From an uncultured bacterium (GTDB taxonomy: Bacteria > Actinomycetota > Geothermincolia > Geothermincolales > Geothermincolaceae): a DNA stretch of 64,000 bases. Location: positions 193,809 through 257,808 of the forward strand of contig CAWFDJ010000011.1 of assembly GCA_963814495.1 (NCBI GenBank), given 5' to 3'. Shown here in pieces: positions 52,569 through 60,633 of this stretch; the first letter of the stretch is position 1, and the number at the start of each line of letters is the position of its first letter. The position numbers and the translations under genes are program-made. The notes beneath the pieces are model-generated. The model searched no databases and was not told the DNA's origin. It was given only the letters and a program-made list of their open reading frames with translations.

Positions 52569-54661
52569 ACGGTGGTGGAAGCCCGCAACCTCGATGGGTC
52601 AGGGAGATACAACGCTACCTCCAGATAAAGTCACTCTTCATCGTATACGGTAACATCTACGACCAGCTCTCCTACATGGAGAAAGACGAAGACGGGCCCC
52701 ATTGGTCATATTGGCCGTTGGATGAGTTGCTCCACAGTTTGCTGCATAAAGAAGGCTACGAGATAGTCCTCTTCTATGATATCGTCGATGGCGTGCGGTT
52801 TCTTACGAAGAAAGAGGAAGAGGACTTCCATACCATCCTGCAGTCAGACGGCCGCCCGCCGTCGGCTGTGACGTCACAACAGGATACCGCCGGGGACGAG
52901 AGCAGCAGTGACGCATCAGATCCTTCAGGTACAAGCGATGGCAGGGGGACCAGGACGAACCTGCGCAATCTCGATGCAGCAATGGGGGCTGTAAGAACAT
53001 TGCTGAGGAACCAGAGACTTCCCTTTGCTGCCGTGTTCGGCTTCTCCTCCCGCCTCCTTACAAGCCCCACTCTCCTTGATGCCCGTGAAAGGTCCCAGTT
53101 CGTGCGCATTTTCAAATCGGCCAGGGATTCAGCCTGGGCAAGAAGAGAAAAACCCCAGGGGGACGCCCTTCCCCTTTTGAGGAACAGTATCTTCCTGGTC
53201 TGCGACAAACCTAATGACCTGCCCTTCTGGCTCTATTTCGACAATCCCATAGCGCAGATCATCGAGGTGGACCTGCCCACTCGCTCCGAAAGGGCCCGTT
53301 TCTTCGAGTTGATGGCAAGAGGCTTCTACCACCCCGAAGGTGCGGATGGGGCTTACACCAAAGAGGAGATAGATAAGTTCGTGGACCTGACGCACGGGTT
53401 CAAGCACTTCGAGCTGGAAGGGCTGCGTATGCTCTCCAACCGGGCCAGGGAGAGCGATCCGAACAGCATCGTTCAGATGTACAAGTTCGGGGAGACCGTG
53501 AATCCCTGGGACGAACTGGGGCACGAAAAGATGTCCAAGGCCGAGGAATCCTTGCGATACAGGGTCAAAGGCCAGGATGCCGGGATAAGGGCAGTGGCGG
53601 ACATCCTGAAGCGTTCCGCTGTTGGCCTGACCGGGTCCAGTCCGGGTTCCGCTCATCACCGGCCGAGGGGAATCCTCTTCTTTGCCGGGCCTACCGGGGT
53701 AGGAAAGACCGAGCTGGCCAAAGCACTGGCGTCCTTCCTTTCGGAAACGATGAGGCTTGCAGGCGTTTTGACATGAGTGAATACAATATGGAACATGCGG
53801 ATCAACGCCTTCTAGGAGCACCCCCCGGTTATGTCGGCTACGAAGAGGGCGGCCAGTTGACCAATGAGGTCAAGCGCAATCCCTTTTCGGTGCTACTGTT
53901 CGACGAGATAGAGAAGGCCCACCCCAAGATCCTGGACAAGTTCCTCCAGATCCTTGACGATGGTCGCTTGACTGACGGCAGGGGGGACACCGTCTATTTC
54001 AGCGATTGCGTGATCATCTTCACCAGCAACCTCGGTTTCTACCGCGACATCCCCCTGCCCGACGGGCGAACAGCGAGGGTCCCCAACGTTCTCCCCTACT
54101 GCTGGAAGTGTAAGAGCTGCGAAGTCTGTGTGATTGAAGAGATACGTTCCCGAACACTGCAGTTGCGGGAGTAATGAGCTTGAAAAGGTCGAGACCCCTT
54201 ACCCCCTGGTGAAGAAGAGGATAATGGAGGCTATCGAGGAATACTTCAAGTTCACCCTGGGAAGGCCCGAGATATATAACCGCATGGGCAATAATTTCGT
54301 GGTCTTCGACTACATCCGGCCTGCAATAATCGGAGAGATACTAGACAAGCAACTGGTTGGATTGGCGGAAGAGGTGCTTGAACTCAAGAACATCGAACTG
54401 GTCATTCGAGATCAAGTCAGAAGCTCCCTGCTCGAGAGAGCAAGCGCCAACCTGGACATGGGCGGGAGGGGAGTCCGGAACCAGGTTGAGACGTCATTGT
54501 TGAACACGCTGGCGAGAGTCATCTACGATGAACAGATAACAGACTGCACGCTGGTCATTGAGGGCATAGAAGAAGTGTCCGAGGGGGGCAGCACCTGGTA
54601 CCGGCTAAAATGGAGCAAGACCGAAGGTGATCCTGTCGAGCCAATACCCGATAAGCAATAG
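52565..54661 (+). CDS. AAA+ ATPase with ClpA/ClpB D2-type module, degenerate N-terminal domain and Cys-rich insert; two apparent indels (1-nt deletion at about 53740, 1-nt insertion at about 54134-54150)
   Basis: [21 protein letters not shown] | [99 protein letters not shown] matches the Hsp100 D2 consensus. The insert is [11 protein letters not shown]...[10 protein letters not shown]. The N-terminal ~330 aa ([12 protein letters not shown]...) lack a Walker A. Confidence 0.8.
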
Positions 54662-54705
54662 CGGGTTCCAACTATATGTCCTCGGCGCCGGTTCAATAAA
54701 CCCCG

Positions 54706-54736
54706 CCTAAAATTGGGGTCAGGCCCCAATTTTAGG
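54706..54736. terminator. perfect 13-bp-stem hairpin between convergent genes (bidirectional terminator candidate; right edge of island)
   Basis: CCTAAAATTGGGG-TCAGG-CCCCAATTTTAGG. Confidence 0.55.
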
Positions 54737-54761
54737 ACGCGGACGCCGGGGCCGCGGGTGA

Positions 54762-54772
54762 TGGTCAGGCGG
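54762..54772. repeat. right copy of the 11-bp direct repeat TGGTCAGGCGG
   Basis: Identical to 40299-40309. Overlaps the stop codon of the lipid kinase gene. Confidence 0.3.
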
Positions 54773-55707
54773 TACGGTTCCTCCAGGTGAAGACCTCGCC
54801 GTCCAGGGTGTAGCCCTCCCGGTTGTCGATGACCAGCTCGGAGCCGCGGCTGTTCCAGTATTGCTCCCGGGGGAACGGGGACCGGTCTCCCCGCACCCAC
54901 AGCAGGCGGTCCAGGCGCGACACCATCCTGCCGAAGGGAACGCTGGTGGCCAGGACGTAGAAGTCGCCGCCGCCGCCCTCCCGGAAGGGGTTGAAGGTGA
55001 GCACCACCCGCTTGAGGGAGACGGCCACCACGATGGTGAAGCTGGAGCCGGGCATCTCGCAACCGTCCACCGCGACCCGCATGGGAGTTGAGCCGAAGAC
55101 GTCGGCGTAGCGGGTCCTGCCGGTGGTCCCGCCCGCCACGCACTTGCAGAAGAGCCCGGCCGCGGCCACCGGCCCCCCATCGGTCTGCCGGTAGTAGACC
55201 CTGTCGAAACGGTAGAGGGCGCCGTTGCCGAAGAAGAAGCCGTACTCCAGGTCGCTGGAGTCCGCGAAGTCCCGCTTGAGGCGGAGGGTGGGCACGGTCA
55301 CCCAGGGAAGCTCCCCGCCCCGCTCCACCAGCCTGACCACCCGGCCGGCGAGCTCGTCGGGCCTGCCCTTGATGCCCAGGTTGGCGGCGAGCACGTTGAG
55401 GGTGCCGCCGCGCAGGGGGAAGAGCAGGGGCATGGAGTCGCTTCCTTCCCCGAAGTCGGTTGACCAGGTGGGTGAGGACGCGCTGGACGGTGCCGTCGCC
55501 CCCGTTGAGACAGATTACCCCGGCCCCTTTTTCGATGAACCCGTCGACGGCCGGGGATATCTCCTCCAGCGTCTCCGTCTCCACCACCAGGCCGCGGCCG
55601 CCGATTATGCCCGGCAGATCGAAGGCGTGAAACTTGCCGCGCCGGTTCTTACCCGATTCGACGTTGGTCAGGACCGCGATGGGCGCGGAGCTGCCCCTTG
55701 CGTGCAA
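54765..55707 (-). CDS. diacylglycerol/lipid kinase family protein (DAGK catalytic domain), one apparent 1-nt insertion at about 55460
   Basis: IAVLTNVESGKNRRG...ICLNGGDGTVQRVLTHLV in one frame continues DFGEGSDSMPLLFPLRGGTLNVLAANLG in the next (track ORFs 54523..55707 and 54765..55433). Confidence 0.8.
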
Positions 55708-55728
55708 GCTCGCCCTCGTCCGGCCCGG

Positions 55729-56583
55729 TCACCCCGCCATGCAGACGATGCTCCCGACCGTCCCGCCCAGTGACCCGACGAGGAACAGGTACATCCCGGC
55801 TCCCAGGCTGAACCCCTCGATGGTCAGGAAGGAGAAGGTATTGATGCCCGCGATGACCAGCGCCGCCAGCGAAAGGCAGAGCAGGAACCCCGCCAGCCCC
55901 TTGGACTTCAAGAGCAATGCGAGCAGGCCGAAGATGAAGATGGCGCCGCCGACGATGACCGAGCACAACCCGGAGAACATGAGCTTGGACCCTTCCGGCC
56001 CCAGGTCCGCGGTGTTGACGAAGGGGTTCTGCCCGCCGTCCTGCATGTCCTTCATCAGCTCCCAGCCGCTCTCGGAGAACCCGGGTACTCCGTACCAGGC
56101 CATGAAGGACGAGACCAGGATGAGGATGCCGCACAGCAGGACGATGACGGCTCCGACGTAGAAAGCGTTGCTTCGCTGCGACCCGGCTGCCCCGGCTGTT
56201 GAGTAGGCAGGTTGCTGGTAAGCGGGTTGCTGGTAGGCAGGTTGCTGGTAAACGGGAGGTGCCGGGGCGTAGGGTTGGGGCTGGATGGGCTGGCTGTAGG
56301 GCTGAGCGGGGGGGACGTAGGTCTGCGCCGGAGGTGTGTAGGCCGGGGCGGGAGGAGTGTACGCCGGCGCCGGAGGCGTGTAGGCGGGGGCGGGAGGGGT
56401 GTAGGCCGGGGCCGTGTTGGGCGTGACCGTGGGCAGGCTGGTGGTGGGCGCGGTGGAAGGGTCGGGGGCCGGCGGTTGTATCACCGTCGCCGAAGAAGGC
56501 TGGGTGATGGTGATCCCGCAAGACTGGCAGAACCTGGCCCCGTCAACGTTCTCCCTGCCGCATCCCGGACAGTTAAAAGCCAT
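55729..56583 (-). CDS. zinc-ribbon + Pro-rich tandem-repeat linker + 4-TM membrane protein
   Basis: MAFNCPGCGRENVDGARFCQSCG. APAYTPP x4 and QQPAY x3, then hydrophobic helices. Confidence 0.7.
   Translation of the reverse strand: MAFNCPGCGRENVDGARFCQSCGITITQPSSATVIQPPAPDPSTAPTTSLPTVTPNTAPAYTPPAPAYTPPAPAYTPPAPAYTPPAQTYVPPAQPYSQPIQPQPYAPAPPVYQQPAYQQPAYQQPAYSTAGAAGSQRSNAFYVGAVIVLLCGILILVSSFMAWYGVPGFSESGWELMKDMQDGGQNPFVNTADLGPEGSKLMFSGLCSVIVGGAIFIFGLLALLLKSKGLAGFLLCLSLAALVIAGINTFSFLTIEGFSLGAGMYLFLVGSLGGTVGSIVCMAG
56204..56414. repeat. in-frame coding tandem repeats (15 nt x3 at 56204-56248; 21 nt x4 at 56331-56414)
   Basis: GTAGGCAGGTTGCTG-like units, and GGAGGNGTGTAGGCSGGGGCG-like units that encode the APAYTPP and QQPAY repeats. 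Confidence 0.7.
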
Positions 56584-56618
56584 CTCGAATCCCCCCTTGT
56601 AGTCGTAATGCCCCGTAT

Positions 56619-58105
56619 CTAGTTGCCGGCGGGTCGCTGGTCCACGATCCGCAGCTCCTTGGCGTGCGTGTCCATGCCCAGCCGGTCCAGCAGCTTATCC
56701 AGGCTCTGGAAGGTGATCTTGGTCGGTGTGACCTCCAGTTCCCTCTGGATGATCTCCTCGAGTTCCTGCTTGAGGGCCCGTTCCTTGAAGCCCTCCATCG
56801 GCGTCACGTAGAGATAGATCTCGTCCAGGTCGAAGGGGTCGTTGTTGCGCTTGTCGATGACCAGCTGCCATTCCTGCACCCCCGGGTGGCCGGAGAGGAT
56901 GGGGTAGAGCGCGTTCAGGTCCACCAGGGTCCCCTTGACCTTGGTCATCTGGAATTCCTTGTAGTCGGAGAGGCGGTTGATGGTGGGCCCGAGCCGGGGC
57001 ACCGTCCTCTTACAGTAGGGGCAGGGCTCAAAGGTCAGCCCCTCCTTGACCACGTCCCCGGTGCGGTAGCGCAGCAGCGCGCTCCCGCGCCATCCCAGGG
57101 AGGTGTAGACGATCTCGCCCTCCTCCCCCTCGCCCACCGGCTCCCCGCTCTCGGGGTCGAGCACCTCGATGAGCTCCCGGTCCGGGTAGAGGTGGTAGCC
57201 GGAGGACTCGCCCTTCTCCACGGCTTCCCGGCACTCCATCCAGGCCACCCTGCCTTCGGTGAAGGCGTAGCTCCCGAAGATGCGCACGTTGCCGGCGTTC
57301 ATCTGCCGGAGCAGGTCCTGCATCTTCGCCCGCATGCCCGCCGGGGCCCGCTCGCCGCCCAGGATGATGATCTTGATCGCGGACAGGTCGCGGTTGTCCC
57401 TGGCGGCCTGGCGCAACAGGTAGTAGCAGTAACCGGGCGTGCCCGCACAGTACCGTGGCCTTGAAACGCTCCAGGGCGTCCAGGATCCTCGCGGAACCCA
57501 GCACCTTGCCGCCCCCGGTGTGGACGGCGGCGGCGCCCATCACCTCCGCGGTGAAGTAGGCCATCCAGAAGGAGAGGTGGGGGGCGAAGGGGAAGGCGTT
57601 GACCATGGTGTCCTCGGTGCGCAGGCCGATGACCTCGGCCATCCTGCGGCCGCACTCGCGGGTCAGGGTGAGGTCGTAAGGGGTGTAGAAGATGGGGGTG
57701 GGCAGGGCGGTGCGGCCGGTGGTGAAGTGGACGTGGCTGGGATTGTATTCGAACAGCAGCCGCTGCCGGTACTTCTCCTGGCCCAGCACCATCCTGGACC
57801 ACTTGACCCCCAGCGCCTGCGCCTTCCTCATATCCGGGCCCGCCTCGGGTGGCTGCAGTACCAGCTTGAGGGGGCGCCCCGGGTCGTCGGCGGCGGGAGC
57901 GATGTCCGCCTTGCAGGAGAACGGCAGCTTGCCCAGATCCTCGCGGCTGCGGAAGTCCTTCAACCCCAGTCCCTGCCCTTCCATCAGCTCGCGGTAGTAG
58001 GGGCTCAGCGGCAGGACCGAGCGGCGCAGGTAGTCGATGAGCTTCTGCTTCCTGGGCCAGCTTTATCTGCTTGGCTGGAAGCGTGTCCCAGTAGGTCTTG
58101 GCCAT
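56619..58105 (-). CDS. phenylacetate--CoA ligase-like adenylate-forming enzyme (PaaK / coenzyme F390 synthetase family), two apparent 1-nt insertions (about 58050 and 57443)
   Basis: Segments are MAKTYWDTLPAKQIKLAQE | QKLIDYLRRSVLPLSPYYRELMEGQGLGLKDFRSREDLGKLPFSCKADI...FTTGRTALPTPIFYTPYDL...ATVLCG | TPGYCYYLLRQAARDN...LLRYRTGDVV. The span is 3n+2. Confidence 0.8.
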
Positions 58106-58250
58106 GTATCCTCCCAACCTCTCCGGGGGCCGTCTTGATCGCTAGCTATTATATCAGAGTATGACGTACCCGCGGGCATCCGGGGAAGACGGAGGGCGGG
58201 TTGCTCACCCGCCCTTTACGTCGCTTCGATGAGCCTTTTAAAGGACCTGC

Positions 58251-58313
58251 TCAGGTCCGGCCGGGGCAGCCCTCGGAGCAATGGGCCACGCGGGGAATGC
58301 TGTAGCGTTTCAT
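58251..58313 (-). CDS. possible 20-aa peptide MKRYSIPRVAHCSEGCPGRT (not in ORF track)
   Basis: GGAGGGA 7 nt upstream of the ATG (58311-58313), TGA at 58251-58253. Lies between the Cys-rich hypothetical gene and the PaaK-like gene. Coding status unproven. Confidence 0.25.
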   Translation of the reverse strand: MKRYSIPRVAHCSEGCPGRT

Positions 58314-58386
58314 CCTGGTGTCCCTCCTTTCCGAAAGATCTGTCATTTATCGTCTCCCTAGATTATACCCAATGGGGCTCGGTTCT

Positions 58387-58821
58387 TCACTGCAATGTAT
58401 AATGGATGGTGCACTCACCCACCACGCCGTTCTTGTCCACGCCCTTCAGGGCCGCCTTCTTCCCGTGCACCTTGGACATGGACTGCAGGCCGGTGGGGAT
58501 GATCGGGCACATCACCTTGAGTTCCTGCTTGCGCAGCTCGTCGTTGCCGAAGCAGATGTGGCACCCCTTGATGTCCACGGAAAGCTCCTCGCCCGTCTCC
58601 TCCGCCTTCACCGTGTCGCACAGGCACAGGTCCTTCTCCAGGTAATCCTCGAGGCCGCGGCAGAAATCCTCGCTTCCCTCGATCTTTCCGGCCTTGCCCT
58701 GGAAGTCCGAGGCCCATTCCGACCCGATCTTCGCCTTGAGCTTCTCCACGTTGTCCTGGTTCGACTTGACCACCGCGACGTGGTATTTCTTGAACAGTTC
58801 GCGGTCCATCTTCTCCGCCAT
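58387..58821 (-). CDS. Cys-rich hypothetical protein
   Basis: GGGAGA before ATG (MAEKMDRELFKKY...). Cysteines in FCRGL, LCLCD, GCHICFG, VMCP, GECT. No confident family call. Confidence 0.5.
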   Translation of the reverse strand: MAEKMDRELFKKYHVAVVKSNQDNVEKLKAKIGSEWASDFQGKAGKIEGSEDFCRGLEDYLEKDLCLCDTVKAEETGEELSVDIKGCHICFGNDELRKQELKVMCPIIPTGLQSMSKVHGKKAALKGVDKNGVVGECTIHYTLQ

Positions 58822-58857
58822 CCTATCTCCCTTCCGCCAGTTCCCGAATGACATCGC

Positions 58858-59067
58858 TCATATCATCTTCACCGCGCCCAGCTCGCAGGCGTGGGCGCAT
58901 TCGCCGCAGCGTTTGCACTTCTCGTAATCGATGCCGATGCGGCAGCCCTTCTCGTCCGTGACCACCTGGAAGGAGCCGTTGACGCACAGGCGGGCCGCCT
59001 TGCAGTCGCCGCACACGTCCTTGACGTTGCATTTCGTCGCGTCCACCCAGGGCATCTTGTCGACCAT
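58858..59067 (-). CDS. small ferredoxin-like 4Fe-4S protein
   Basis: 69 aa. CNVKDVCGDCKAARLC and CKRCGECAHAC cluster motifs, with GAGGTGA RBS. Confidence 0.7.
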   Translation of the reverse strand: MVDKMPWVDATKCNVKDVCGDCKAARLCVNGSFQVVTDEKGCRIGIDYEKCKRCGECAHACELGAVKMI

Positions 59068-59083
59068 GTCATCACCTCACATC

Positions 59084-59105
59084 ATTATACCCCTATGGGT
59101 ATAAT
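59084..59105. promoter_or_regulatory. perfect palindrome ATTATACCC-N4-GGGTATAAT upstream of the ferredoxin gene (operator and/or -10 region)
   Basis: 9-bp arms with a 4-nt spacer, 17-38 nt upstream of the start codon on the minus strand. Each arm end reads TATAAT. Confidence 0.35.
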
Positions 59106-59298
59106 ATGGGAAATATGATGTGGAACAGGCCGGGGCCGGGGATAGGATCTGGAAAAAATGTCAGCTCCCGAGTAAAGCCTTTATCTGTCTTGGCGGAGAT
59201 CCCCGCAATCTCGCTTATATCCTCGGGAGCTAAGTGCGCACTTATAATATAGCACAGGGCCGCGTGAATTGAAAGCAAAGGGTACAAGGGCGCCCCTC

Positions 59299-60453
59299 CT
59301 AGAGGGCTGACCGGAACACCCCGACGATGTCGTTGAGGACCGTCTCGCGGGGGTTGGACGAGCGCAGGCGGGTGTTGAGGAAGGCCTCGGAGGCCAGGAC
59401 CTCCAGGCTGGAGGGCTTGATCCCCACGCCCTCCAGGGAAGCCGGCAGGGGCAGGCGCGCCACCAGCGCCCGCACCGCCTCGACGCTCTTCTCCCCGGCC
59501 GCCGCGGCGGGCAGCCCGGAGACGTCCTCCCCCATGGCCTGGGCCAGTTCGCGGAAGAGGGCGGGGCGCGCCTCCAGGTTGAACTGCATGACGTGGGGGA
59601 GCAGGAGCGCATTGGCGGTGCCGTGGGGCACCCGGAAGAAGCTGCCCAGGACGTGGGCCATGGCGTGCGCCAGCCCCAGGCCGGCGTTGGTGAAGGCGAT
59701 GCCCGCGATCATGCTGGCCAGGCTGAGGTTGCCGCGCGCCTCCAGGTCTTCCCCGTCCGTGCAGGCCTGTTCGAGGTTGGCCGCGATCAGCTGGACCGCC
59801 CGGTAGGAAAGGCCCTGGGTGGGCGCCCAGGCGCGCCTGGCCACGTAGGATTCCACGGCGTGGGTGAGCGCGTCCATCCCCGTGGCGGCGGTCAGCTCGG
59901 GGGGCATGCCCACGCTGAGCAGGGGGTCCACCAGGGACAGGGTGGGGTAGATGTTCTGGCTGACGATGGACATCTTCTGCTTCTTCTTGTGGTCGGTGAT
60001 CACCGCGATGGAGGTGGCTTCGCTTCCCGTCCCCGCGGTGGTGGGCATGCAGATGATGGGCCTGGCCCGGTTGCGGACGGCTCCCACCCCGGACCAGTCG
60101 GTCACCGGCCCCTCGTTGGTCAGCCGGGCGGCGATGGCCTTGGCGGCGTCCATGGGGCTGCCGCCCCCCAGGCCGATGACGAAATCGCAGCCGGCCTCCC
60201 TGGCCGCGGCGGCCCCGGCCTCCACCGTCTCGGTGTCGGGGTCCGCCTCCACGTCGTGGAAGTGGGTGCAGCCGATGCCCTCCGAGGAGAGGATATCCTG
60301 GACGGACTGGACCGCGTCCAGCCGGCTGGTGGCGCCCGACCCGGTCACCAGCAGCGCGTGCTTGCCGAAGTTGGAAACGAAGGTCTTCAGGTCCTCGACA
60401 CAGCCCTCACCGAAGACCAGTTGCACTGGAAAACGGAAGATGTTCGACCCCAC
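59299..60453 (-). CDS. iron-containing (group III) alcohol dehydrogenase
   Basis: 384 aa. GLGGGSPMDAAKAIA, and His-rich metal site AHAMAHVLGSFFRVPHGTANA. Confidence 0.9.
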   Translation of the reverse strand: MGSNIFRFPVQLVFGEGCVEDLKTFVSNFGKHALLVTGSGATSRLDAVQSVQDILSSEGIGCTHFHDVEADPDTETVEAGAAAAREAGCDFVIGLGGGSPMDAAKAIAARLTNEGPVTDWSGVGAVRNRARPIICMPTTAGTGSEATSIAVITDHKKKQKMSIVSQNIYPTLSLVDPLLSVGMPPELTAATGMDALTHAVESYVARRAWAPTQGLSYRAVQLIAANLEQACTDGEDLEARGNLSLASMIAGIAFTNAGLGLAHAMAHVLGSFFRVPHGTANALLLPHVMQFNLEARPALFRELAQAMGEDVSGLPAAAAGEKSVEAVRALVARLPLPASLEGVGIKPSSLEVLASEAFLNTRLRSSNPRETVLNDIVGVFRSAL

Positions 60454-60633
60454 TTCTCCACCTCGCTCGATGCCGCGCGCGCCGCCCCGGGACCGTTCGT
60501 CCTCAAGTTTAGACGGAGTGGAGGTAAAGCGTCAAATAAGGCCGAAATAGTATACGACAGGACGTGGAGGGTGGTTAAATATATGCAAACACATAGGCAA
60601 ACGAGGCGCGCGACTTTTTAGAAAGGGCATGCG

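Larger units (their letters stand above)
40318..54661. other. compositionally distinct (AT-richer) accessory/defence-type island, no mobility genes seen
   Basis: Sampled lines inside the island are about 45-55% G+C against about 65% outside, with a change in codon flavour (AAA, GAA, ATA, TTT common). Contents are conflict- and signalling-type genes. Flanked by the 11-bp direct repeat and by a perfect 13-bp-stem hairpin at 54706-54736. Confidence 0.55.

Noticed and set aside
46905-54661. The operon as part of a type VI secretion system (PpkA/PppA/Fha/ClpV) or as the actinobacterial FhaA/FhaB-PstP-RodA-PbpA-PknB division cluster
   Set aside because: There are no T6SS structural genes and no rodA, pbpA, crgA or PASTA-domain kinase. 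The AAA+ has a single ring with a different N-terminus. The cluster sits in a compositionally foreign island.
40318-54661. The island as a prophage, ICE or transposon
   Set aside because: I could recognise no integrase, transposase, relaxase, or capsid, terminase or tail genes, and no tRNA at the edges. Only the composition shift and the 11-bp direct repeat support acquisition.
56204-56414. Tandem repeats as a possible CRISPR array or minisatellite
   Set aside because: The units are 15 and 21 nt, contiguous without spacers, and in frame inside a coding gene where they encode QQPAY and APAYTPP. This is not CRISPR.
58190-58225. Hairpin GGGCGGG-TTGCTCA-CCCGCCC as a terminator
   Set aside because: The orientation is ambiguous. 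The TTT follows on the plus strand, where no gene ends, and on the minus strand the trailing sequence is C/T-mixed. It is not reported as a feature.
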